In this document: piece by piece, positions 12,750 through 27,499 of the stretch | Layout: every line of letters starts with the position of its first letter | How positions within the stretch are numbered: position 1 is the first letter of the stretch | Origin: Eledone cirrhosa | Taxonomy: Eukaryota | DNA: 64,000 nucleotides | Direction: 5' to 3' | Assembly: GCA_964016885.1 (NCBI GenBank) | Contig: OZ024743.1 | Coordinates: 309,318,001 to 309,382,000 of the forward strand | Notes under the pieces: generated by a model | Told to the model about the DNA's origin: nothing | What the model saw: only the letters and a program-made list of their open reading frames with translations | The model's database searches: none | Program-made: the position numbers and the translations under genes

Positions 12750-14318
12750 AGACAACATCTCAGACCTCATTCTCTTACCAAATGGAGTGGAACTCGTCCA
12801 ATCAGACCAAGAAAATGTTTATATTGGTCTTTCCATTTCTGATACTATCTACCAGTCGCAAAGAGCAACGTTAAAGGACGTGTCTTGCTCAAGGATATAA
12901 CGCATCACCCAGTTCGGGAATCGAACTCATAACCTCACGACTGCGAATCTAATTATTCAACCACTAAGCCACACGTCTTCATTTGGAGAAATATGATTTT
13001 GTTCTTTTACTGGTTGCAGTCATTAGTCTGCGGCCATACTGGTGCACTTCCCTGAAAGGATTTACTTGATCAAATCTCTATATAAGTAGCCAATCGTCAG
13101 ATCGAACCGAGAAAAACTGTTTCTATTGATATTTCATTGCTGCTACTATCTGGTAGCGACAACTCCTAAAAGAAGCATGTCCGCTTTTACGGAAACAGGA
13201 TTTGAACTCAGAACACACAAAACCAGATCAGATACTGAAATTCTGAATTGTACTTTATTTATCGACCCCGAAAGAATAAAAAGCAAAGATGACCCTCGGC
13301 AGAGAGTCGGAACGAATACTAAAGCCTTTAATCCGATGCTGATATAGATTATCAATCAGATCGAAGTAAAAGATTGTTAGTTGTTTATAGACTCTGGTAG
13401 TATTTGACATTTAAACGTCGTTGTTGTTTAGTTCCAGCTCCACCTTCATAAATATGTTCCAGCTGTGGCAATCTCGTCTTCTCAGACGGTCTTGTTTATC
13501 ATTTTCTTTTAAGTTGTTGCCCCAGCGTGTATTAACATTAATTTCATATTTCTCAGACTTTCAAATGCTATACTTCTATTGCAGAGTTTATCTAAGCTAT
13601 TATATGATATGTTCAAGTACCTTTAAATCCTGATACAGTACTGCCAGCATAGTCAACAATCTATAAAGAAAGAACAAATTTTTACCATTATTAATTCATT
13701 TATAGAAGCAATGGCGGCGAATTGACAGAGTCGTTAAAACGTCGGATAGAATGCTTTGTGGTATTTGTTTCGGCTCCGTTCTCTCTGAATTTAAATCCCA
13801 CCGAGGTCAACTTTGCCTTTCATCTTTCAAGGTCCATAAAAAGTACCAATCTAGTACTGAAGTCAATTCTTCCTCTATATCCCTCACTTCCATTCTCTCA
13901 CTTTCTATCCTTCTCTGGAAGACATCTGCTGTATTCAGACCTGGAGAGGAGATGGTTTCCAAATGGTTTTAAAATGCCCTAAAAACGCTGTATGTCAATA
14001 CGGCGCCTCTACAACCACCGCAGAAACTACGAGACCATGCATAGAAGCAATGCATCTAAAAGTGTGATGCGGCATGGCTTAGTGGTTAGGGTGTTTGGCT
14101 CCTCGTCGTAATGAGTTCAATTTTCAAATGCGCGTTGTGTCTTGAACAATAACAATTTATTACACGTTTCTTTAGTTGGTAAATATATGTTATAATCTAG
14201 CCTTTCTCACACACTCAGTATTACGATGAATGTCTTTGAGAACTACGTTGGTAGAATGCTCAGTCACTTGCACGTTAAATTAAAGAACAGATTTTTCTGT
14301 TATTGAAACAATAGAGGT

Positions 14319-14350
<32 letters not shown>

Positions 14351-14610
14351 CACAAATTTGTATTTTCACAGTTGATTCCCTTACCACTGTATTATAAAGC
14401 AATTTGTTTTTCTCATAAAATGTGACCACTAAATAAAGTAAAGAACACTTACTTTAGAATAGACGATTAGTATTGTATTTATCAACCATAGAATGAGGAA
14501 AGACAAAGTTGATTTCAGCGGGATTTGAACTGGGAACGTAAATAACGGTAACTAAATTCCACAAGACACTTTGTCCAATGTTCTAACGATGCTGCCAATC
14601 CACCGTCCTT
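12750..14610. mobile_element. Cluster of degenerate SINEs (about 12750-12980 -, 13180-13340 -, 13712-14010 +, 14065-14310 +, 14460-14610 -)
   Basis: Same A/B-box and central-domain motifs as the two SINE families above. Confidence 0.7.
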
Positions 14611-15163
14611 GCTTTCTGTAACAGTAGTAATTGGAAACAATAGCATGAATTTTAATTTGGATTCTATTAAATATTTCAGATGTTACCCCCAAAACAAGAC
14701 AAAAACTCCCAACAAAACACATAAAAATAACTAAAAAAAAAGCAGCACTATACTTAAGACGATACTGTGTTGAAATATATAAACGTGTTAAAATATATAT
14801 ACGTGTTAAAATGTAGAAACCTAATTGGAGATCTTTATACTGATTATGGATATATATATATATATGTCATTTTATATATAGAAAGAAACTTGTGTAAAGT
14901 ATTTTATCACATGGCGATATCAATTTCGTCTTAGCGTGAAATATATTTTCTGTAAGAAAAGATAACTTAAACAATATACGTGGGATAATTTTAAAGATAT
15001 CTTTATTGAAACACATTTCTTATGACGATCGCTTTTGATGTAATTATTTATCGAGAGGATTCAGTACAAATTAACGTCAGATGAGAATAACTAGTAATAC
15101 CAATGGCTGTTACCATTACTGATACCGTGGCCCTAAAGGGACGTGTGGTAAAGGAGTTCACTT

Positions 15164-15243
<80 letters not shown>

Positions 15244-15265
15244 TTATAATATATATATATATATG

Positions 15266-15310
<45 letters not shown>

Positions 15311-16180
15311 ACCTCAGGGCCTCAAGCTTCCTCAAGCTATATGGACAATAACAACACATTGGGATGGGAACTTCCCTCAAGCTATAGGGACAGTAGCCCC
15401 GCCACACCGAGCGCAAGGTAAACCATCCCCTAAACACTCACCACCCATAATTCTGCCTCGATCGACTCCTATAGCAACACATACTTATACATATGTCCAT
15501 ACATAAATGCTTGTATGTATATGTGTGTATATATATATATATATACATATGGAATGCACCTGAGCCTGTGTTTGTGCGTGTGTGCTTACAACGATGTGCG
15601 TTGACATACATGAATATGTACTTTATGCCGAAATAGGAACTGTAGTCCTTTGCATTTCCGGATTTTGACACTCAGGTTCTTAAAACGCACCACCCCATGA
15701 TAGTGTAAGAATTGTAATTCTTTACACTTCTCGATTCTGACACACAGGTTTTCTACTTCAGTTTATATTTTTCAAATCTTTCAAATTCTGATATTGGTTG
15801 TAACACACACGCATTTTTTTTTTTTATTTGTGTCCCCCCCCCCCCCCCCCACCACCACGTGGAATGGTGGGAGGATAGATGCCAACCTACACACACAACC
15901 AACACAATCGAGGAGGTCAGCTGTACTTAAACAAAAGCAACAACAACAGATTGTCTTGCCTCAGAAAATTTCTATAGACTTTTGACTGAGGAATGTTCTC
16001 ACAACTGACCAATGGGATGCGAAAGTGTCCTATGGCGCCGAAATTCGTTTCTTCTAACACATATGATTCCAATTCCTCAGAGGAATAACAACACAACCAG
16101 GAGCTGAACATATCTATGTATTGACGGAGTAAAACACACTTCAACAACATGTGTACCTGTCTTTCCCACACTAATTCGGA

Positions 16181-16211
16181 CTGAAGAGGTCACCGAAATA
16201 TATATAGCAGT
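16181..16211 (+). ncRNA. HHR-like core near the 3' end of a non-coding insertion (about 15800-16265)
   Basis: CTGAAGA GG TCA CC GAAA TATATA TA. Stem I is not recognisable. Confidence 0.5.
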
Positions 16212-16262
16212 ATATCTATAATTTATAATAAACGAAGCCAAATTTTACATATTTGACTTAAT

Positions 16263-16932
<670 letters not shown>

Positions 16933-16946
16933 AAATATTAATGTTC

Positions 16947-17540
16947 ATTCAATTATATTGTACGGCTCGGAAAAGCTTTTTTCTTAGAGCTATTTAATTG
17001 TAAGAGACTACTCTGAGTTTCTAAGTCACTATATATTTGTCGGCTCCATCATGTAGAGCTAATTTTAATGTCCTGTTAGCCAGACTGCTATTTTTAGCGG
17101 CATGGAATTTTGAGAGATGCTGGGTTCCGAAGACACGTGTGATAATTTATCGCACGCAATTCAGTCTATAATATCTTTAGAAGTGGAAGGATCACTAATT
17201 TCTCAACAACTACTGAGGAGCAGAGAAAAGAGTGGACTTCACTTAATAAGATGTTGCGTAACAGTCTCCAAAACTGTCTAGTTGTTACCAGGCGTTTGCC
17301 CAATATAGGTCTGTTATTTTTCTTAATTTAATATTTAAAATTAAGTCTGACAAACCATATTGCTGTAGTTAGTATTTTTTCACTCTAGCAAACTTGGTCC
17401 TTACGATTCGAACACATCTATGTTTATATTAGTGTTCATCTCTCCTGTTTATTCAATTATATTGTACGGCTGGGAAAAGCTTTTTTCTTAGAGCTATTTA
17501 ATTGTAAGAGACTACTCTTAGTTTCTAACTCACTATATAT
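16947..17540 (+). mobile_element. Terminally redundant 504-nt unit containing an HHR (retrozyme or solo-pLTR-like)
   Basis: Direct repeats of about 90 bp at 16947-17036 and 17451-17540. HHR at 17205-17286. Confidence 0.7.
17205..17286 (+). ncRNA. Type I hammerhead with a single A13U change
   Basis: AACAACTA CTGAGGA GCAG...TTGC GTAA CAGT ctccaaa ACTG TC TAGTTGTT. 8-bp stem I, 5-bp stem III, GUC site. Confidence 0.8.
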
Positions 17541-17695
17541 ATATATGAATAAAAATAGACAAGGGTTAAAATGTCCTGTTCAGTAGTCTGCTGATAATCG
17601 TTGGTATTTCGACGCATTAAAGACTAGATACCTAAAATCAGTGCGATTGATAACTCAATTAAGTTATCGGGACAGTGGCAAAAATACACACACAC

Positions 17696-17796
<101 letters not shown>

Positions 17797-17922
17797 ACTT
17801 AAAAACTTAAAAACTTAAAACCACAACTGAATACTAACCCATACAAACACTAATACTCTTTTATTCCTAATTAAACCATTTTTCAACTGTGAACAATTTG
17901 TCAGCATTTTCTATTCCGTTTA

Positions 17923-18304
<382 letters not shown>

Positions 18305-20300
18305 CAGTGAGTCCTCGATATACGGTATATATGCGTTCCAGAAACCCTTACCGTATATCGAATTACCCTATAAAGAACCCATTATAACATGAAATACATA
18401 GAGATGCCTTCCAGGACATCGAAAAGGTCATCCCTCCAGAAAAGAAATGATGTTTTTTTTTATTCACTGTACCTTATACATGCCACGTAGACCATCAGAT
18501 GATGTGCCTCTTCATTTGTCCCTCCCGAGGCTAAAGGACAGTATGGGTTTCAGCCCTTACTCATCTTGGACTGAGTTGGCAGGAGAGGATGAAGGTGATG
18601 TGGGAGACTCAAAACCAACAAACTCGTTGACTGCAGGGATGTTGAAGGGCCAGCTGTAGCACGGTTGGCATAAGTGACTGGCTTGAAGAAAGAATAGATG
18701 GAGGACTGTTTGGCGGTGTTTCTTTTGGCTTCATACATTTCTTGGTAAATCTTGACGCTTTTCTCGACGTCTTGAGCCACTTTGCTGCTCCTAGCAGGGT
18801 TGGGGTCACGCTCCTTCAGGGTTTCTAAGATTGTTTCGATACTCCCGAGACATTCTCTTAGAGTTTTTATGTCCAAGCCACGCACAGGTTCTCCTTCCTC
18901 ATCTTCTTCTTTTTCTCTCTCCTGTATCGCCTTGTCTAGTTCTTTGAGTTCATCATTGGAGAGTGGTTCAGCGTGACTTTCCAAAAGGTCTTGCACATCA
19001 TCATCATTAACACCATCGAAGCCAGCTCTATGGCAGAGATTTACAATATCTTTTTTTATCGCACCAATGTCCTAAGCAAAGCCTTGGAAGTCATTCACAC
19101 ATGCTGGCCATAATTTCTTCCAGACCAAGTTCATGGTAGACTGCTTCACTTCTTCCCAAGATGCCTTGATGTTGTCTAAGCCCTGCTTGATGTTGTACAA
19201 TTTCCACCATTCCTTGATCGTGGGCTTGTCAGTCCCATCTGTGCCCTTTATCAGCTGCTGCATGGTTCTCCGCTGGTAGTATACCTTAAATGTTTTGATG
19301 ACTGTTCGATCCATCGGCTGAATGAGAGCTGTGGTGTTTGGGGGGAGAATCAAAACCTCAATATTTTCTGACCAGTCTTCCATTGCCTGTGGGTGGTTGG
19401 GGTCGTTGTCCACTAATAGTACAAAACGGTTGGCAATGTCGTTAGCTAATGCATATTCCTTAAGGGTTGGTGACAGATATGAGGTGAAAAGATCCTGGTG
19501 AATTGAAGTGATTAGTCATGCCTTCTATTAGACTTCCATATCACTGGTAGGTATTGCTTAAGTAACCCCTTGAGTGCTCTTGGAGTTTCAGAATGGTAGA
19601 TAATGAGTGGCTTTAGTTTTAAATCTCCTTCTGCATTCCCTTCAAGTAACAGAGTAACGCGGTCCTTTGAGGATTTGAACCCCTTCGCACTTTTCTCCTT
19701 GTCAATAATCATCTTTTTCCAATAAAGTCCTGTTTCATCATAATTAGTAACCTGTTTTTTACTGTATCCCTTCTCTGCAATGCATTTCTCTAACACTGCC
19801 TTGAATTTTGACGGAACTGGCAGCCTCACCTGTAACATTTATGTTGTGAAGACTCGAACGTCGTTTGAACTTATCAAACCAGCCTTTGCTTGCCTTGAAT
19901 ACAAAGTCCTCCACCCCCATTTCAGTCTTGAGCCTGTCAATAATGGAAAATGCTTTCTCACTGATTACATTTAAAGACAGAGGCATATTTTGACGATTTT
20001 GGTCGTCGATCCAAATTTTGAGCAACCTTTCCATCCTATCCATAATCGGCTCACCATGTTTGGTCAACAATTTACTCTGTAGACTCGTAGCATTCTCCCC
20101 AGCCTTTTGGACAGCCTCACTATCTTTAAAACAGTCCAGACTGTAGACTGCGCTCGACCTAAGTTACGACTTATGGCGGACGTACCTTGCCCTGTTCCTT
20201 CCTTTTCAAAATGTCCAGCTTTATCTCCAAAGCCAGGCTCTTCCTCATGCGTCTGCATCAGCAATATTCGCAGGACGTTTTGGGGCCATGAGATATGGGG
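18305..20300 (-). mobile_element. Tigger/pogo-family DNA transposon, decayed
   Basis: TA|CAGTGAGTCCTCGATATACG TIR-like end at 18305. The other TIR is not seen. Transposase remnants inside. Confidence 0.9.
18550..20289 (-). pseudogene. Tigger transposase pseudogene (CENP-B-type HTH plus DDE)
   Basis: MAPKR start, FKASKGWFDKFKRR, NYDETGLYWK, KDRVTLLL, DNDPNHP, LPPNTTALIQPMD. Split by stops and frameshifts. Confidence 0.9.
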
Positions 20301-20330
20301 TTATAAGATATGCCGTAATATATCTATATC

Positions 20331-20382
<52 letters not shown>

Positions 20383-20392
20383 TATATTTGTG

Positions 20393-20451
<59 letters not shown>

Positions 20452-20557
20452 TGGAATACTGTTGGCTTCTTGCTACAATACTTTCTATACCTTTCATTTA
20501 TATATATATATATTTATTAAAATAACAGATTAAAGTTTAAGCAAAGAATCGCTGCTT

Positions 20558-22128
20558 TACCCTGAAGGATCACAAATCCAATTATCCGAACAACCCCTCT
20601 ATTTGGCTTATTAACCCTACGAAGTCCGATTTAGGTAGACTTAGTAAAAGGATTCTTGATAGAATTATACCTGAAATTAGAAGTTTGGCCTCTCTTGCAC
20701 TGTGGAACAATTCTTTCGCGGTGATTGATTGGTTCAACGGCATATGCAACAGGGGACATTGCCATTTTATCCAATTCGACATCAACAATTACTACTCCTC
20801 CATCACTTTACCACTTCTCCTTACAGCTATCAATTTCGGTAAAACACTCACAGTGGTTAACGATTTCGAAGTTGATGTCATCCTCAATGCCCGTAAGTCG
20901 GATTAAAAAATCTAATAGTACCCCATTCGACGGGAGTATGTGCACCAGCGATTCTGCGGAGGTTACTGATCTTATCGGCCTTTTCCCTCTTGTCTCTATC
21001 AAGGACGAATTTCCCAACGTGGGCGGTGGTTTGTACCGTGATGATGGTCTTTTGACCATGACTAAGTGCGGCCCACGTGCTTGCGACAGGTTCAGAAAAG
21101 AACTCACAGCCTTCTTTAAAGGCTTCAACCTCTCTATACAGGTTGAGGCCAACCTCTCGGTCTTTAATTACCTCGACGTTACCCTCAATTTATCGAATGG
21201 CTTGTATTACCCGTATAGAAAGCCGAATGATACGCTTAATTACATAAGTAAGCATTCCAACCATCCCGCCAGCATAACCAAAAACCTGGTAAGAAACGTT
21301 TCTTTGAGGCTTTCCCGTCTATCTACTAACGAGCATATTTTCAACGACCATTCCACATATTACAATGAAGCACTTGCTCGGAGTGGATTTGTCGATAAGG
21401 TAGCATATACAGAGTACGAGAATAGACCTAGAAGAAATCGATCCCGATGCATTATATGGTATAACCCACCATATAATATGGAGGTTGCCACACCATTAGC
21501 TAAGATCTTTCTATCCCTTATTACGAAGCATTTTCCTCCTACACATAAATATAGTAACATTTTTAATAGAAATACTATTAAAATGTCTTACTCTACGACT
21601 CCTAACATTGCACATACCATCACAACTTCAAATTTAGCTAAACTACCTAGCCGTAGGAACACGTGCAACCCTGTCGTTAGTACTAACTGTAATTGTAGGA
21701 ATCGGGTTGATTGCCCCCTATCCGGGAAATGCCTCTCTAGTAACATTGTCTACAAATGTAAGGTTGAAACACCGACGTCCTGTAGGGCCTACATAGGGTT
21801 AACCGCCAATAGATTCAAGCAGCGTCTTTACATGCATACCCATTCTTTTCGTTACCCTCTAAGAAGGAATATGACGTCACTTTCAGCTTATATCTGGAGT
21901 CTAAAAGACAACCACACCCAATATAAGTTACACTGGGAGATCCTAGCTAGGGCTAGATCGTATAACGGAAATAAAAGACCATGTGACCTCTGCGCCGCTT
22001 AGGCCCTGGAAATACTCTACGCCACAGACCACACCTTAAACAAAAAATCTGAGGCAATTTCGGCTTGTAAACATAAATTGCACAAAACTTTCCTGTATTA
22101 CAGCCCCACATTATACCCTAACGGATAG
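20558..22128 (+). pseudogene. PLE reverse transcriptase plus GIY-YIG endonuclease, disrupted
   Basis: LKDHK..LINPTKSDLG, QFDINNYYSSI, GLYRDDGL, WYNPPY, CNCR..CPL..CL..IVY..YIG..CDLC. Frameshift near 20900 and in-frame TAG at 22000-22002. Confidence 0.92.
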
Positions 22129-22706
22129 TACGATCTATACGCGGATATTTTACGTCTTGATGTGGTAGCTAAGTATATGTTATGTTTATACCATTACTTA
22201 TTTGCATAGGTAAGTATATATTACCTGTATGTTTTGTGAAGGTACGTATACTTTCTCGTACGTATATTTGATTGTATATGTTATGGCGTATATTTTATAT
22301 ATTCTGGTACATATGCTTTTGGTTATGTGTATATGCGAGTATTGCGTCTGTGTGAGTATGCGGGTTCGTACATATGTAGGGTGTATGTATATGTGTATTT
22401 CGTGTTTTGGTTGACTTCACGTCTCCGAAGATTTGTGTATTTACATGCAGGTATGTGTGTGCGCTTGTTATATACGTATTTATTTATTTATATACGTTTA
22501 TTTAATTATTTGTGTGCACGTACACACACACATATATTTATATGTGCGTGTATTTGTATACCCATGGCGAGTGTTTTCGCGTATGCTTGTGTATGTACAT
22601 ATATGGATGCGTGTATGTATTTATTTAATTTCAATTACCTCTGTAATTCATTTACTTTATTCTTAACTCTGAAGCGGAGAATCATTCGGTTTCCTAGTTA
22701 GAAATT

Positions 22707-22978
22707 TAGTGTACGACTTCCTTCAGTTATACCATTTACGTGGTTTTGTCTTTGTGTGCAATTGTTCTCCACGCTCCACATATGACGTATTATCTTCGTT
22801 TTTCCGTTCATTGTCAGAGAACGTCTCTATGAACCACCTAAGAGAATATTAGACTACGACTTCTTTTATACCATAAACGTGGTTCTGTCTTTGCGTGTAA
22901 TTGTTTTTCACCGCTCCAAATAATGACGTATTATATTCGTTTTGTCCCGTTCTTTGTCAGGGAACGTTTCCACGAAAC
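22707..22978 (+). repeat. Two diverged tandem repeats of about 140 bp in the PLE 3' UTR
   Basis: TACGACTTC..TTATACCAT..ACGTGGTT..ATGACGTATTAT..TTGTCAG occurs twice. Confidence 0.8.
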
Positions 22979-23215
22979 AAAGTATCGTCTTGCTGTCTTC
23001 CTCCGGTTGCAACTGTTTTTGAAATATTCACTTCTGCGTTCACAGATTGACTTTGTTAGTTTCAGAAGATCCCGTTAAGGGTGAAAGCAGCGATTCTTTG
23101 CTTAAACTTTAATCTGTTATTTTAATAAATATTTGCTCTACGGTTCTTATATATTTGATATATATTTATCCTTATCGAGCCCTCTTTGGATTTTAGTCTT
23201 CAAATTTATTATTAT

Positions 23216-23263
<48 letters not shown>

Positions 23264-23296
23264 ATTTATACATATATATGTGTGTGTGTGTGTATG

Positions 23297-23356
<60 letters not shown>

Positions 23357-23358
23357 TA

Positions 23359-23390
<32 letters not shown>

Positions 23391-23424
23391 GAGAGAGAGA
23401 GTGAGATATACACACACACACACA

Positions 23425-23458
<34 letters not shown>

Positions 23459-23779
23459 GGGAAAGAGTGAATAATAACAACGGCTGTACGAAAAGGGTTT
23501 TATTTACAGTATTAACAATTGTTTTATTGATCAGATGAGTCTAAAGGCCTCAAATCACTCCAAATTTCGTCACTCGACCTTAAATACAGTGTGTGTCTCT
23601 GATCAAATCATTGGAATATATGGCATTGGTATTTATAGTTACATCTGAGTATCAAGTGGATGAAAACAATAACACCAATAATAAAAGATAATTAAAAAAA
23701 TAATAAGAAAATAAAAATGATAAAAAAGTAAAAAATACGGTTACTGATAATAGTTGTAGTAGTGGTGGAAGTTGAAGTT

Positions 23780-23950
23780 ATAATTGTTTCTACTTTTGGC
23801 ACAAGGCCAGCAATAACCCAGTGTATTACTGGTATTTTATTTTATCGACCCTGTAAAGATGAAAGGCAAAGTTAACCTCGGCGGGATTTGAACTGAGAAT
23901 GGCAAGGGCCGTAACTCTATGCGTCAAAGCATGGGGTCCGACCCAATACA
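23780..23950 (-). mobile_element. SINE, Nin-like family
   Basis: Reverse complement of the 2306-type consensus. Confidence 0.8.
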
Positions 23951-24361
23951 ATGGTGAGTAAGTGGATGTGTAAAATAGTGATGACACTAATGATAACAAT
24001 AACATGAAAAGAAATACGATATATGATAGGCGAGATGATGGTGAGGGACGTCGTGCTAATATAGTGTATTGAGTTCATGAATTGGCGAAATAAAAATGCA
24101 AAAAATACAAAGAAATATTAGAGGATTAAAATTAAAATAAAAAGTAAGAGAGAAAGAGACAAATAACAGGAGATAGAGAAACACAATACACAACTTAGGC
24201 TGGTGCGGTGGTGTAGTGATTGGTTGGTGTAATACAGCTGCCCTGCATTCAGTAGGCAATTTGTATCCTGCTCATTAGCTGTTAATAGGACATTTCCACT
24301 GCATTTCCAGCAGTACATTTTAAAAAACTTGATTCAGTGGAATGATACATGATGCCCCCCC

Positions 24362-24392
<31 letters not shown>

Positions 24393-25840
24393 ACAGCCCC
24401 GGCGGACAGAATGGAGAAGCCGTTTCCCCGGAGGACGGCAAGGGAGACACGCTGGAAAAGCCACTCAAACTCACGGAGCACACACCTGCGGCTCGCCAGC
24501 TCAGGGCTTATGGGGGTGAGCAGGGAGGTAGCCCTAGGGCCGAGGACACCAGAAGTCTCCACTGCCAAGGGTACAACCGCAAACCTGTCGGAGAGCGACC
24601 GGTACTTGGAGAGTTTGGGCTCCTCAGTCCGACGTGCAGCAGAACCTGGGTAAGTCGCAGATTGCACCAGGTTGCGGCTGCAGAAAGTGTCGGTGTAAGT
24701 GGCATCCCAGATGAGGGGTTTGCTACCGCGGAACGGGAACATGGTCATGCCATCTGGCCTTTTGCCGTCCCCTCGGTCCAGTCCTACCGGCTCGAGCTGG
24801 GAAGGGAAGCCTGCAGCGTCCAAGCCATGCTTTACGGCCTCGTTGAGGGAAATATGGTGTGGATGGCGGCCGGCACTGTGGCGACAGGAAAGCGGGTGGA
24901 GGCCGAAAGAGTCCACGTTGGATCCGCAGCGACATTGGTGTGGCTCGGAGATCCGGAGGCCGAGCCTCAAGGAAACGCCGATGCGCAGGCTATGCTTGTC
25001 TAGTTGCGTGCCAGTGGAGAAGGAGGGTAGGGTATGGATCCAGGCACCACTGTGGCCGCACGAAAACAAGCAAGGCGGTGCTAGTCGAGCTGGCGCGTGA
25101 GCCTGTCTGAGGCCAGGCTGCACTGGTTGGAATCCCAAGTGCTTTGGGGGAATTGACGTCAGCAGGGTAGAAGTAGGAGGGACGTCTACTGGGCTAATTC
25201 CCAGCCGGTCGCACGTCTCACAGGCGGCCTAACGTTCTCTGAACACAGAGGGTTCTATTGTGTTTTGAAGAACAATGCTGACGTGGACGCGGCATGAGGT
25301 TACCGACGAAAGAAACGCCGGCAATGCCAGTGAGATCGGGGACCGGGGGCAAAGGCCGCCATACCTGACCGGTAACGTGGCCTGTTGCCATCCAATATCG
25401 TCAAAATTGTCGTTGCATATCTCCTCGGCTGCTACTCGGATACAAGTATCGAGGTCAGCGAGGAGAGATGCCTGGGTGTAGCACGGAGCGCTGCGAAAGG
25501 TAGAGAGGAAGCTCGGCATGGCGAAGCAAAGCAGTTCTCAACAGGAAGAGAGCTAGGTGGCCGTCGATCAAGCCCCGTCGGCTCGTGAGAGTCTGGAGTC
25601 CATGAAGCCTGGACCTGATAGTGGAGCGGATGGCAAGTGGGTGAATCTGTGACCCGAGGATGAAGACATCCTCTTTGGGGCTCACCTGTACCTGGTGGAG
25701 AATGTACCGCACGTCCGAGACGGAGGCTGCAAAGCTCTCAGCATCGAGGCTGACGTTCACCACCTCCGACTTGGCCGAGTTTAACTGGAGGCCGATTCCC
25801 GCCAGGGCAGGAACCACCGATTGTAGGTCATGGCAGAGGA
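24393..25840 (-). mobile_element. CRE-clade non-LTR retrotransposon, 5'-truncated and frameshifted
   Basis: GLQLNSAKSE, QATLPVRYGGL, SGAWIHTLP, CRCG..H..SC zinc knuckle and RLE motifs RPDG..WDAT..K..KY..PLAVETSG. GC-rich. 3' end abuts (CA)n/(C)n. Confidence 0.88.
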
Positions 25841-26199
25841 TGAGAGATAAAGGATAGGACTAAGGATCGGGGAACAGTAAATAGATAAATAGAGAATAAA
25901 AAGTGAAAGGGACAGTGATGATATATGGGTGATTAGGGTCTGGCATTATGATTGTTTTATCTTAATGGAGGTGATGCGACTATACAGAGAAAGGGAAAGA
26001 AAGGTTAAGGGATTCTTGCTGTTGATTTAATGACCAGTTGGTCAGTTGACAACTAATAACAGTGGAGTGGTGTGAAGTTGGTACTTTTAAATCCCGGTGG
26101 TTCTGACTGAATTCCGAGATTGCTGGATCGAATCATGCCGGTTGCGGTTTGAAGTTGGAGAATTTGGTGGCTGCTTTGTGCCTACAGAAGATTGTTCAC

Positions 26200-26740
26200 T
26201 CTATTTTGTTAAGCAGCATTATATTTTAAAATATGGAGTAGCTCCATATTGCATAATCCCCTGTGAGATATCCCCTTTTTGAAGGCCTTTGCACTCGATA
26301 ACTTCGACCCGCTAATCTCATATTCCTTAATTGATGTCCTTAAGTTGCCAGATCTTATTGGCTAGCATCGTTGTATTCTCAAGTTTACGGTTGTTTATAG
26401 AATGTCTATACACATACCATATTTTTTTGAAATCTCCAGCTGTAGAACCTATGTAGTGCCATGCTAGGTTGCCAAATTTGATAGTACACAGGTATACTAT
26501 ATTTGATTCTAGGCATCTATTCTGCAGTGGGCATTTATCCGGTAGGTGACAGTTACATTTGGAGGCCTTCCTATATGCATGTTCCCCGTTGCGGTTCTGC
26601 ATGTTGTTAGGGATGGGATGGGATTTAGGTTTATTGTTTTGTTGTGATGTGCCCTGGCGTGTGGGTGGTTGTGATGCTCTTATGTGTTTGCGTTTTGTAT
26701 TTGGTGCTATGGGGAGATGGTAGATTACATTCCTTAGAGA
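26200..26740 (-). pseudogene. PLE GIY-YIG endonuclease remnant; its 3' UTR may run to about 23460, interrupted by the CRE and a SINE
   Basis: CNCHLPDKCPLQNRCLESNIVYLC..YIGSTAGDFK..IWQLK in ORF 26327-26602. Confidence 0.85.
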
Positions 26741-27499
26741 TTCTTTTATAGTTGATTTTATGTACGTGCGATTCTATCTGTATCGATATGGTCCGACTCT
26801 GGAATCAAAAACTCGTTGGACTTCTGTTATAGTAATGACTGAATTAAACCCTTATATATATTGAAGTGAACCCCTATATCACACGGCAATCCTTCACATA
26901 TTGAACATTTTAATTTCTTAACTTTTGGCGGGACGTTGTTTGATTGCTATGCTAATATGATTTAGATTTCGACTCATTACAAACATAATTCGGAGGTTTA
27001 CTTATTGTTGTTGGGTGGATGACAAATCTTAGTATTTATTAAGAGAGACATTTCACTCTTTGCTATTACTCTCATTTCCATAATGAAAAAGTAAGTCATT
27101 TTCATAATCACTTTTAGAGGAAATATATTTTTAGAGCCTTTTAATCATTTCTTAAATACAATATCCCTGATTAGTCTATATATAAGACTTTTGGCGTTGT
27201 CAGTATTTAAAATATTTAACCTATTTTATATATAGTTTTATCATTTACCTTTCTTTTTTCATATTTTCGTTTGCATATAGTTATACGTTTTCTCTCTCCT
27301 ACTCCATTTATTTACTTTTATCAATATGAAATATTTTGATTCCAGTGAATATTTTGGTAAATCGTTTTTAAGAAGAAATACTTAATCTTTATGGAAGAAT
27401 GAATTAAATTGTCATATATTTAGAAAATTTCCTTTTTCTATTAATGATTCCTAATTTTAAAATCTTTGTAGATCAGGTAATTCTATATTCGTGCTACAA

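Larger units (their letters stand above)
20512..23220 (+). mobile_element. Penelope-like retroelement (Naiad-like by motif recall), 5'-truncated with a short 5' inverted pLTR piece
   Basis: 20512-20562 is the reverse complement of about 23077-23130. RT and GIY-YIG coding region, long 3' UTR, (TA)n flanks. Confidence 0.92.

Noticed and set aside
13400-13660. Faint RT-like remnant on the minus strand (DYA...)
   Set aside because: Too decayed to assign by eye.
23510-23615. Possible HHR at the far 3' end of the 26.5-kb PLE
   Set aside because: A long stem (TTGATCAGA/TCTGATCAA) and ACAATTGT are present, but both core boxes are altered. Too degenerate to call.
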